From Nemertoderma westbladi (lineage: Eukaryota > Animalia > Xenacoelomorpha), in assembly GCA_032718475.1 (NCBI GenBank), contig JAUCBJ010002800.1, positions 1 through 64,000 of the forward strand: a stretch of DNA of 64,000 nucleotides. Direction: 5' to 3'. Positions 10,032 through 22,300 of this stretch are shown piece by piece. The notes under the pieces are model-generated. The model was not told the DNA's origin. It ran no database searches and saw only the letters and a program-made list of their open reading frames with translations. A program made the position numbers and the translations under genes. The number at the start of each line of letters is the position of its first letter. Position 1 is the first letter of the stretch.

Positions 10032-11468
10032 GACTACTACTACTAGGATCGGCATGCTGCATTGCAGCTCCATTTTTAAGAATGCTGTGCCGGCTTATCG
10101 ACAAAATTGCACCGCCACAACTCCCTATCACCCATGACATTTGCTAGATCATCCGTATCTTCAAGGCCAGTGTCCTTTAAGATGCGTCTCAAGAAAGTCA
10201 TGGGCTGTCCACCATGCTTATTCACTCCATGAGGCTGCCAAAGTACAAGATTATGCACTGGCTGGTCCTCACGGCGAAAGCAATGTCCTGCAAAGCGGAG
10301 GCGATTTTGTTCTAGTGTCAAGCTTGGGGGAACCAATGAGACACCTCCAATGTTATATAGTGTCTAGTTGGAGATGTGTGCATTGTACTTGGCACAATGA
10401 ACCCGGTGTAGCATTCTTGTGAATGTGCCATCCAGAGATTTGGTGTCCTCAGCAGTTAGAGCCCAGCATGGCCTCCCAAGAGGAGTACTGGAACTACTGC
10501 TGCTCTAAATAATCGGACCTTAAGTTTCCGATTAATTCTCGGTTACTTCCAAATCCTGGAAAGCCTATTCAAGGCTGCCCATGCCTTTCCCTTACGTATT
10601 CGAAGGTCCTCACCTGACTTCCGGATCCATGATCCCAGGTAATCCTGCATGCTCAAGCATACCATCTTTTGAGCTTATGCTCATCCGATCAGAGACTTGC
10701 TGAGGACTTTCAAAGTTAACTGTCAAAATTTTGGTCTTTCTGGAGTTAATAAAAAGACCAACACTAGAAGCAGCATGTTCTAATGAGCTGAGGAGCCGTT
10801 GGGCTCCCTCTAGTGATTCTGAGAGTACTCCTAAGTCATCAGCAAAGTCTAGATCAGTTAGGTACTTGGCAGGATTTCCTCGACTTCTGGAGCCAGTAGG
10901 TGGAGTTATCATCACCCCATCATCATTATGATGATCTAAGGACATGCGTAGAACATAGTCAACAACAATTATGAACAAGAATGGTGCAATTGTGTTCCAT
11001 GGAGGACGCCCCATAACACTTCAACTGGTTCTGTGTCACCGTCAACAGTAGACACAAATGTTGTCGAACCATCGTATACTGATCTGATTGCTGCAATAAT
11101 TTCATCAGGAATCCCATATAATGAAAGTATGCTGAACATACGTGAGCGAGAGACTGAATCAAAGGCCTTGAAGAAGTCAACAAAGATAACAACCAGATGC
11201 CTGTCTTTCTTTTTTGATAACTCTTCAATTATCCTTCTTAGTGCCAAAATGGGCTCCATGGTCCCACGACCTTTAGGGAACCCATTCTGATTTCCACGGG
11301 CAGTCTCTCAATGGGATCCCTGATGCGATTTAATAGAATTCTATTGTATAGCTTTGCAGCAATCGAGATCAATGAGATTCCCCGAAAAGAACCATAGAGT
11401 GTTAGGTTGCCCTTCTTGGGAACTGGCACCAACTTATTTGTTTTCATTTCTTGTGGGACTCCTGTTGT
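10032..11468 (-). mobile_element. RTE-like LINE, 3' part (RT domain, C-terminus, short 3' UTR, (TAG)n tail), frameshifted
   Basis: Minus-strand pieces LVPVPKKGNL...FRGISL, VDFFKAFDSV, APFLFIIVVDYVLR, DLDFADD (catalytic motif) and RLRFAGHC, spread over several frames. Stop at 10076 is followed by a TAG microsatellite tail near 10033-10045. The clade call is from motif recall only. Confidence 0.9.
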
Positions 11469-11594
11469 GGGGCGAGCCACGAAGTTGGCGGAGCCTTAGC
11501 GAATTGACACTGTTAGGGGGTGGGTCAATTTATGCAAATAGTTGTCGTCGTCGTCGTCGTCGTTGTCGTCGTCGTCGTTGTCGTCGTCGTCGTC

Positions 11595-12600
11595 GTTACG
11601 ATTTTGACATGCTAATAACTTTGTCGGATTTAAAGCTGCCAAGTTGAAAATTTGTAGGTATCAATATGAGCAAAAGTTGAGATTTTTGAGAGACTTTCAG
11701 ACACCATCAGTGCAATGGTCTCCCGCTAGAGGGCCACATGTCTAAACATTAAATGCCCTCCCATTTCTTTGCTTTTAATCCGTTTAAGCTGAAACTTGGC
11801 AGATATGTATTAGACCATTAGCTGTGACTTTCAAAGCAGGCGAATCCATCTGCAGTTCTCCAGTCTGCCGCTAGAGGGCCAAAGGTCTGAAAGTGAAATC
11901 GTTGTCGTCGTTACGATTTTGACATGCTAATAACTTTGTCGGATTTAAAGCTGCCAAGTTGAAAATTTGTAGGTATCAATATGAGCTAAAGTTGAGATTT
12001 TTGAGAGACTTTCAGACACCATCAGTGCAATGGTCTCCCGCTAGAGGGCCACATGTCTAAACATTAAATGCCCTCCCATTTCTTTGCTTTTAATCCGTTT
12101 AAGCTGAAACTTGGCAGATATGTATTAGACCATTAGCTGTGACTTTCAAAGGAGGCGAATCCATCTGCAGTTCTCCAGTCTGCCGCTAGAGGGCCAAAGG
12201 TCTGAAAGTGAAATCGTTGTCGTCGTTACGATTTTGACATGCTAATAACTTTGTCGGATTTAAAGCTGCCAAGTTGAAAATTTGTAGGTATCAATATGAG
12301 CTAAAGTTGAGATTTTTGAGAGACTTTCAGACACCATCAGTGCAATGGTCTCCCGCTAGAGGGCCACATGTCTAAACATTAAATGCCCTCCCATTTCTTT
12401 GCTTTTAATCCGTTTAAGCTGAAACTTGGCAGATATGTATTAGACCATTAGCTGTGACTTTCAAAGGAGGCGAATCCATCTGCAGTTCTCCAGTCTGCCG
12501 CTAGAGGGCCAAATGTCTGAAAGTGAAATCGTTGTCGTCGTTATGATATTGACATGCTTATAACTTTGTCGAATTTAAAGCTGCCAAGTTGAAAATTTGT
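11595..12600. repeat. 315-bp tandem repeat, 3 near-identical copies plus a partial one; each unit is a dimer of about 145 and 170 bp subunits
   Basis: GTTA(C/T)GAT(T/A)TTGACATGC starts at 11595, 11910, 12225 and 12540. Degenerate subunits continue to about 12960. Confidence 0.95.
11723..12509 (+). promoter_or_regulatory. Six co-oriented CTCF-type motifs (CCGCTAGAGGGC)
   Basis: Exact 12-mers at 11723, 11868, 12038, 12183, 12353 and 12498. Three are preceded by CTGCAGTTCTC at a spacing like the CTCF upstream motif. Motif match only; binding is not shown. Confidence 0.55.
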
Positions 12601-13085
12601 TTTGTTGAAAATCAGTTCAACAGTCACCCGCTATAGGACTACTTTATGCCTGAAAGTGAATAGATTCTCCCGTCTCATTGATTTTAATCAGTTTAAGCTG
12701 AATCTTGCCATATATTCTGGACCACATGCTGCGTCTTTGTGGGGGGGGGGGGGGGGGGGGAGATTTAATCGGTCTGCCGCTATACGACGAAATTTCTGAA
12801 AGTGAGATCCGTCTCTCATTTCGTTATCCGTTATTCAAGATGAAACTTGGCCGATGTACGTATGTACTATTCATCCATAGGCTGTGTCTTTGTGGGGCTG
12901 GAGACCCTAATCCATCTTCAGTTCTCACTATACCGCTAGAGTCAGAAATGTCTGAATAGAAATGAAAGAGGTAAAAAGTGATTAGGCGAAATCTGCTTAA
13001 AATTTGCTAATACAGTAATACTTTCGAATTAGTACTTAAATTAAATTTAAGTCACGTGCTGCGCGAAGGCCCCACTTCGTGTTCG

Positions 13086-13262
13086 GTACATGTCTACTAT
13101 GATGGGATAGATGAGCTTTAAACACTCAGGTATTTTAAAGACCTCAGGGGGAACACCATCTACTCCACTGGCACGATTGGTCTTAATGTTCTTTGCAGCA
13201 GCCTTCACTTCTGCAAAGGAGATATCACCAATGGGAGTATCTGGGAGTACAGACTCAAGACA
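13086..13262 (-). mobile_element. RTE-like LINE, 5' continuation of the interrupted copy (5'-truncated)
   Basis: Minus strand reads ESVLPDTPIGDISFAEVKAAAKNIKTNRASGVDGVPPEVFKIPECLKLIYPIIVDMY, the typical pre-RT KA(S/P)G.DG.P.E motif, contiguous with the piece ending at 11468. Confidence 0.88.
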
Positions 13263-13346
13263 CTTTTACTTCTATAAAGTTACTGTATCAGGCAATACCC
13301 TGTCATTATTTACTTACTAACTTTTAAACTATGTGTCTTTTATCAT

Positions 13347-16300
13347 GCTGCCCATGGGGTAATTAAAGTTATTGGCTACCCATGGAGTAATTAAAGTTAT
13401 TGGCTACCTATGGAGTAATTAAAGTTATATTGGCTACCCATGGAGTAATTAAAGTTATATTGGCTACCCATTGGCTACCCTTGGAGTAATTCAAGTTATA
13501 TTGGCTACCCATGGAGTAATTCAAGTTAAAAATATTGGCTACCCATGGAGTAATTAAAGTTATTGGCTACCCATGGAGTAATTAAAGTTATTGGCTACCC
13601 ATGGAGTAATTAAAGGTATTGGCTACCCATGGAGTAATTAAAGTTATATTGGCTACCCATGGAGTAATTAAAGTTATTGGCTACCCATGGAGTAATTAAA
13701 GTTATATTGGCTGCACATGGAGTAATTAAAGTTATTGGCTACCCATGGAGTAATTAAAGTTATTGGCTACCCATGGAGTAATTAAAGTTATTGGCTACCC
13801 ATGGAGTAATTAAAGTTATTGGCTACCCATGGAGTAATTAAAGTTATATTGGCTACCCATGTAGTAATTAAAGTTATATTGGCTACCCATGGAGTAATTA
13901 AAGTTATTGGCTACCCATGGAGTACTGTAATTAAAGTTATATTTGTTACCCAAGGAGTAATTAAAGTTATATTGGCTACCCATGGAGTAATTAAAGTTAT
14001 ATTGGCTACCCATGGAGTAATTAAAGTTATTGGCTACCCATGGAGTAATTAAAGTTATTGGCTACCCATGGAGTAATTAAAGTTATATTGGCTACACATG
14101 GAGTAATTCAAGTTATATTGGCTACCCATGGAGTAATTAAAGTTATTGGCTACCCATGGAGTAATTAAAGTTATATTGGCTACCCATGGAGTAATTAAAG
14201 TTATTGGCTACCCATGGAGTAATTAAAGTTATTGGCTACCCATGGAGTAATTAAAATTATTGGCTACCCATGGAGTAATTAAAGTTATTGGCTACCCATG
14301 GAGTAATTAAAGTTATTGGCTACCCATGGAGTAATTAAAATTATTGGCTACCCATGGAGTAATTAAAGTTATTGGCTACCCATGGAGTAATTAAAGTTAT
14401 ATTGGCTACCCATGGAGTAATTAAAGTTATATTGGCTACCCAAGGAGTAATTAAAGTTATTGGCTACCCATGGAGTAATTAAAGTTATTGGCTACCCATA
14501 GAGTAATTAAAGTTATATTGGCTACCCATGGAGTAATTAAAGTTATATTGGCGGAACATGGAGTAATTAAAGTTATATTGGCGGAACATGGAGTAATTAA
14601 AGTTATATTGGCTACCCATGGAGTAATTAAAGTTATATTGGCTACCCATGGAGTAATTAAAGTTATATTGGCTACCCATGGAGTAATTAAAGTTATATTG
14701 GCGGAACATGGAGTAATTAAAGTTATATTGGCTACCCAAGGAGTAATTAAAGTTATATTGGCTACCCATGGAGTAATTAAAGTTATATTGGCTACCCATG
14801 GATTAATTAAAGTTATATTTGCTACCCAAGGAGTAATTAAAGTTATATTGGCTACCCATGGAGTAATTAAAGTTATATTTGCTACCCCAAGGAGTAATTA
14901 AAGTTATATTGGCTACCCATGGAGTAATTAAAGTTATATTGGCTACCCATGGAGTAATTAAAGTTATATTGGCTACCCAAGGAGTAATTAAAGTTATATT
15001 GGCTGCACATGGAGTAATTGAAGTTATATTGGCTAGCCATGGAGTAATTAAAGTTATATTTGCTACCCAAGGAGTAATTAAAGTTATATTGGCTACCCAT
15101 GGAGTAATTAAAGTTATATTGGCTACCCATGGAGTAATTAAAGTTATATTGGCTACCCAAGGAGTAATTAAAGTTATATTGGCTACCCATGGAGTAATTA
15201 AAGTTATATTGGCTACCCATGGAGTAATTAAAGTTATATTGGCTACCCAAGGAGTAATTAAAGTTATATTGGCTACCCATGGAGTAATTAAAGTTATATT
15301 GGCTACCCAAGGAGTAATTAAAGTTATATTGGCTACCCATGGAGTAATTCAAGTTAAAAATATTGGCTACCCATGGAGTAATTAAAGTTATTGGCTACCC
15401 ATGGAGTAATTAAAGTTATTGGCTACCCATGGAGTAATTAAAGTTATTGGCTACCCATGGAGTAATTAAAGTTATATTGGCTACACATGGAGTAATTCAA
15501 GTTATATTGGCTACCCATGGAGTAATTAAAGTTATTGGCTACCCATGGAGTAATTAAAGTTATATTGGCTACCCATGGAGTAATTAAAGTTATTGGCTAC
15601 CCATGGAGTAATTAAAGTTATTGGCTACCCATGGAGTAATTAAAATTATTGGCTACCCATGGAGTAATTAAAGTTATTGGCTACCCATGGAGTAATTAAA
15701 GTTATTGGCTACCCATGGAGTAATTAAAATTATTGGCTACCCATGGAGTAATTAAAGTTATTGGCTACCCATGGAGTAACTAAAGTTATATTGGCTACCC
15801 ATGGAGTAATTAAAGTTATATTGGCTACCCAAGGAGTAATTAAAGTTATTGGCTACCCATGGAGTAATTAAAGTTATTGGCTACCCATAGAGTAATTAAA
15901 GTTATATTGGCTACCCATGGAGTAATTAAAGTTATATTGGCGGAACATGGAGTAATTAAAGTTATATTGGCTACCCATGGAGTAATTAAAGTTATATTGG
16001 CTACCCATGGAGTAATTAAAGTTATATTGGCTACCCATGGAGTAATTAAAGTTATATTGGCGGAACATGGAGTAATTAAAGTTATATTGGCTACCCATGG
16101 AGTAATTAAAGTTATATTGGCTACCCAAGGAGTAATTAAAGTTATATTGGCTACCCATGGAGTAATTAAAGTTATATTGGCTACCCATGGAGTAATTAAA
16201 GTTATATTTGCTACCCAAGGAGTAATTAAAGTTATATTGGCTACCCATGGAGTAATTAAAGTTATATTTGCTACCCAAGGAGTAATTAAAGTTATATTGG

Positions 16301-19300
16301 CTACCCATGGAGTAATTAAAGTTATATTGGCTACCCATGGAGTAATTAAAGTTATATTGGCTACCCAAGGAGTAATTAAAGTTATATTGGCTGCACATGG
16401 AGTAATTGAAGTTATATTGGCTAGCCATGGAGTAATTAAAGTTATATTTGCTACCCAAGGAGTAATTAAAGTTATATTGGCTACCCATGGAGTAATTAAA
16501 GTTATATTGGCTACCCATGGAGTAATTAAAGTTATATTGGCTACCCAAGGAGTAATTAAAGTTATATTGGCTACCCATGGAGTAATTAAAGTTATATTGG
16601 CTACCCATGGAGTAATTAAAGTTATATTGGCTACCCAAGGAGTAATTAAAGTTATATTGGCTACCCATGGAGTAATTAAAGTTATATTGGCTACCCAAGG
16701 AGTAATTAAAGTTATATTGGCTACCCATGGAGTAATTAAAGTTATATTTGCTACCCAAGGAGTAATTAAAGTTATATTGGCTACCCATGGAGTAATTAAA
16801 GTTATATTGGCTACCCATGGAGTAATTAAAGTTATATTGGCTACCCAAGGAGTAATTAAAGTTATATTGGCTGCACATGGAGTAATTGAAGTTATATTGG
16901 CTAGCCATGGAGTAATTAAAGTTATATTGGCTACCCAAGGAGTAATTAAAGTTATATTGGCTGCACATGGAGTAATTAAAGTTATATTTGTTACCCAAGG
17001 AGTAATTAAAGTTATTGGCTACTCATGGAGTAATTAAAGTTATATTGGCTACCCATGGAGTAATTGAAGTTATATTGGCTAGCCATGGAGTAATTAAAGT
17101 TATATTGGCTACCCAAGGAGTAATTAAAGTTATATTGGCTACCCATGGAGTAATTAAAGTTATATTTGCTACCCAAGGAGTAATTAAAGTTATATTGGCT
17201 ACCCATGGAGTAATTAAAGTTATATTGGTTACCCATGGAGTAATTAAAGTTATATTGGCTACCCAAGGAGTAATTAAAGTTATATTGGCTGCACATGAAG
17301 TAATTGAAGTTATATTGGCTAGCCATGGAGTAATTAAAGTTATATTGGCTACCCAAGGAGTAATTAAAGTTATATTGGTTGCACATGGAGTAATTAAAGT
17401 TATATTTGTTACCCAAGGAGTAATTAAAGTTATTGGCTACTCATGGAGTAATTGAAGTTATATTGGCTAGCCATGGAGTAATTAAAGTTATATTGGCTAC
17501 CCATGGAGTAATTAAAGTTATATTGGCTACCCATGGAATAATTAAAGTTATATTGGCTACCCATGGAGTAATTAAAGTTATATTGGCTACCCATGGAGTA
17601 ATTAAAGTTATTGGCTACCCATGGAGTAATTAAAGTTATATTGGCGGAACATGGAGTAATTAAAGTTATATTGGCTACCCATGGAGTAATTAAAGTTATA
17701 TTGGCTACCCAAGGAGTAATTAAAGTTATATTGGCTACCCATGGAGTAATTGAAGTTATATTGGCTACCCATGGAGTAATTAAAGTTATATTGGCTACCC
17801 AAGGAGTAATTAAAGTTATATTGGCTGCACATGGAGTAATTGAAGTTATATTGGCTAGTCATGGAGTAATTAAAGTTATATTGGCTACCCATGGAGTAAT
17901 TAAAGTTATATTGGCTACCCATGGAGTAATTAAAGTTATATTGGCTACCCAAGGAGTAATTAAAGTTATATTGGCTGCACATGGAGTAATTAAAGTTATA
18001 TTGGCTACCCATGGAGTAATTAAAGTTATATTGGCTGCACATGGAGTAATTAAAGTTATATTTGTTACCCAAGGAGTAATTAAAGTTATTGGCTATTCAT
18101 GGAGTAATTAAAGTTATATTGGCTACCCATGGAGTAATTGAAGTTATATTGGCTAGCCATGGAGTAATTAAAGTTATATTGGCTACCCATGGAGTAATTA
18201 AAGTTATATTGGCTACCCATGGAGTAATTAAAGTTATATTGGCTACCCAAGGAGTAATTAAAGTTATATTGGCTGCACATGGAGTAATTAAAGTTATATT
18301 TGTTACCCAAGGAGTAATTAAAGTTATTGGCTACTCATGGATTAATTAAAGTTATATTGGCTACCCATGGAGTAATTAAAGTTATATGGCTACCCATGGA
18401 GTAATTAAAGTTATATTGGCTACCCATGGAGTAATTAAAGTTATTGGCTACCCATGGAGTAATTAAAGTTATATTGGCTACCCAAGGTGTAATTAAAGTT
18501 ATATTGGCTACTCATGGAGTAATTAAAGTTATATTGGCTGCCCATGGAGTAATTAAAGTTATTGGCTGCCCATGGAGTAATTAAAGTTATATTGGCTACC
18601 CATGGAGTAATTAAAGTTATTGGCTACCCATGGAGTAATTAAAATTATATTGGCTACCCATGGAGTAATTGAAGTTATATTGGCTAGCCATGGAGTAATT
18701 AAAGTTATATTGGCTACCCATGGAGTAATTAAAGTTATATTGGCTACCCATGGAGTAATTAAAGTTATATTGGCGGAACATGGAGTAATTAAAGTTATAT
18801 TGGCTACTCATGGAGTAATTAAAGTTATATTGGCTACCCGTGGAGTAATTAAAGTTATATTGGCTACCCATGGAGTAATTAAAGTTATATTGGCTACCCA
18901 TGGAGTAATTAAAGTTATATTGGCTACCCATGGAGTAATTAAAGTTATATTGGCTACCCATGGAGTAATTAAAGTTATATTGGCTACCCATGGAGTAATT
19001 AAAGTTATTGGCTACCCATGGAGTAATTAAAGTTATATTGGCGGAACATGGAGTAATTAAAGTTATATTGGCGGAACATGGAGTAATTAAAGTTATATTG
19101 GCTACTCATGGAGTAATTAAAGTTATATTGGCTACCCATGGAGTAATTAAAGTTATATTGGCTACCCATGGAGTAATTAAAGTTATATTGGCTACCCATG
19201 GAGTAATTAAAGTTATATTGGCTACCCATGGAGTAATTAAAGTTATTGGCTACCCATGGAGTAATTAAAGTTATATTGGCGGAACATGGAGTAATTAAAG

Positions 19301-22300
19301 TTATATTGGCGGAACATGGAGTAATTAAAGTTATATTGGCTACCCATGGAGTAATTAAAGTTATATTGGCTACCCATGGAGTAATTAAAGTTATATTGGC
19401 TACCCATGGAGTAATTAAAGTTATATTGGCTACCCATGGAGTAATTAAAGTTATATTGGCTACCCATGGAGTAATTAAAGTTATTGGCTACCCATGGAGT
19501 AATTAAAGTTATATTGGCGGAACATGGAGTAATTAAAGTTATATTGGCGGAACATGGAGTAATTAAAGTTATATTGGCTACTCATGGAGTAATTAAAGTT
19601 ATATTGGCTACCCATGGAGTAATTAAAGTTATATTGGCTGCACATGGAGTAATTAAAGTTATATTGGCTACCCATGGAGTAATTAAAGTTATATTGGCTA
19701 CCCATGGAGTAATTAAAGTTATATTTGCTACCCAAGGAGTAATTAAAGTTATATTGGCTACCCATGGAGTAATTAAAGTTATATTGGCTACCCATGGAGT
19801 AATTAAAGTTATATTGGCTACCCAAGGAGTAATTAAAGTTATATTGGCTACCCATGGAGTAATTAAAGTTATATTGGCTACCCATGGAGTAATTAAAGTT
19901 ATATTGGCTACCCATGGAGTAATTAAAGTTATATTGGCTACCCATGGAGTAATTAAAGTTATATTGGCTACCCATGGAGTAATTAAAGTTATATTGGCTA
20001 CCCATGGAGTAATTCAAGTTAAAATATTGGCTACCCATGGAGTAATTAAAGTTATTGGCTACCCATGGAGTAATTAAAGTTATTGGCTACCCATGGAGTA
20101 ATTAAAGTTATTGGCTACCCATGGAGTAATTAAAGTTATATTGGCTACACATGGAGTAATTCAAGTTATATTGGCTACCCATGGAGTAATTAAAGTTATT
20201 GGCTACCCATGGAGTAATTAAAGTTATATTGGCTACCCATGGAGTAATTAAAGTTATTGGCTACCCATGGAGTAATTAAAGTTATTGGCTACCCATGGAG
20301 TAATTAAAATTATTGGCTACCCATGGAGTAATTAAAGTTATTGGCTACCCATGGAGTAATTAAAGTTATTGGCTACCCATGGAGTAATTAAAATTATTGG
20401 CTACCCATGGAGTAATTAAAGTTATTGGCTACCCATGGAGTAATTAAAGTTATATTGGCTACCCATGGAGTAATTAAAGTTATATTGGCTACCCAAGGAG
20501 TAATTAAAGTTATTGGCTACCCATGGAGTAATTAAAGTTATTGGCTACCCATAGAGTAATTAAAGTTATATTGGCTACCCATGGAGTAATTAAAGTTATA
20601 TTGGCGGAACATGGAGTAATTAAAGTTATATTGGCTACCCATGGAGTAATTAAAGTTATATTGGCTACCCATGGAGTAATTAAAGTTATATTGGCTACCC
20701 ATGGAGTAATTAAAGTTATATTGGCGGAACATGGAGTAATTAAAGTTATATTGGCTACCCATGGAGTAATTAAAGTTATATTGGCTACCCAAGGAGTAAT
20801 TAAAGTTATATTGGCTACCCATGGAGTAATTAAAGTTATATTGGCTACCCATGGAGTAATTAAAGTTATATTTGCTACCCATGGAGTAATTAAAGTTATT
20901 GGCTACCCATGGAGTAATTAAAGTTATATTGGCGGAACATGGAGTAATTAAAGTTATATTGGCGGAACATGGAGTAATTAAAGTTATATTGGCTACTCAT
21001 GGAGTAATTAAAGTTATATTGGCTACCCATGGAGTAATTAAAGTTATATTGGCGGAACATGGAGTAATTAAAGTTATTGGCTACCCATGGAGTAATTAAA
21101 GTTATATTGGCTACCCATGGAGTAATTAAAGTTATATTGGCTACCCAAGGAGTAATTAAAGTTATTGGCTACCCATGGAGTAATTAAAGTTATTGGCTAC
21201 CCATAGAGTAATTAAAGTTATATTGGCTACCCATGGAGTAATTAAAGTTATATTGGCGGAACATGGAGTAATTAAAGTTATATTGGCTACCCATGGAGTA
21301 ATTAAAGTTATATTGGCTACCCATGGAGTAATTAAAGTTATATTGGCTACCCATGGAGTAATTAAAGTTATATTGGCGGAACATGGAGTAATTAAAGTTA
21401 TATTGGCTACCCATGGAGTAATTAAAGTTATATTGGCTACCCAAGGAGTAATTAAAGTTATATTGGCTACCCATGGAGTAATTAAAGTTATATTGGCTAC
21501 CCATGGAGTAATTAAAGTTATATTTGCTACCCAAGGAGTAATTAAAGTTATATTGGCTACCCATGGAGTAATTAAAGTTATATTTGCTACCCAAGGAGTA
21601 ATTAAAGTTATATTGGCTACCCATGGAGTAATTAAAGTTATATTGGCTACCCATGGAGTAATTAAAGTTATATTGGCTACCCAAGGAGTAATTAAAGTTA
21701 TATTGGCTGCACATGGAGTAATTGAAGTTATATTGGCTAGCCATGGAGTAATTAAAGTTATATTTGCTACCCAAGGAGTAATTAAAGTTATATTGGCTAC
21801 CCATGGAGTAATTAAAGTTATATTGGCTACCCATGGAGTAATTAAAGTTATATTGGCTACCCAAGGAGTAATTAAAGTTATATTGGCTACCCATGGAGTA
21901 ATTAAAGTTATATTGGCTACCCATGGAGTAATTAAAGTTATATTGGCTACCCAAGGAGTAATTAAAGTTATATTGGCTACCCATGGAGTAATTAAAGTTA
22001 TATTGGCTACCCAAGGAGTAATTAAAGTTATATTGGCTACCCATGGAGTAATTAAAGTTATATTTGCTACCCAAGGAGTAATTAAAGTTATATTGGCTAC
22101 CCATGGAGTAATTAAAGTTATATTGGCTACCCATGGAGTAATTAAAGTTATATTGGCTACCCAAGGAGTAATTAAAGTTATATTGGCTGCACATGGAGTA
22201 ATTGAAGTTATATTGGCTAGCCATGGAGTAATTAAAGTTATATTGGCTACCCAAGGAGTAATTAAAGTTATATTGGCTGCACATGGAGTAATTAAAGTTA

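Larger units (their letters stand above)
11469..13085. mobile_element. Non-autonomous Helentron/HINE (DINE-1-like) element nested in the LINE
   Basis: Removing it rejoins the LINE frame (IIVDMY|TTGVPQE). It has short inverted subterminal motifs (GTGGGGC / GCCCCAC), a 5' hairpin GCCA-CGAAGT-TGGC, a (GTC)n microsatellite at 11544-11594, central tandem repeats, a 3' hairpin CGAAG-GCCCCA-CTTCG and no evident TSD. The insertion is well supported; the family label is inference. Boundaries are uncertain by a few bp. Confidence 0.7.

Noticed and set aside
8660-11468. Twin-priming 5' inversion of a single LINE
   Set aside because: The two oppositely oriented pieces cover the same RT segment and have diverged, so they are separate copies, not complementary halves.
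11354-11647. Arg-rich protamine-like ORF (RRRRRRCRRRRC)
   Set aside because: Product of the (GTC)n microsatellite plus antisense LINE sequence.
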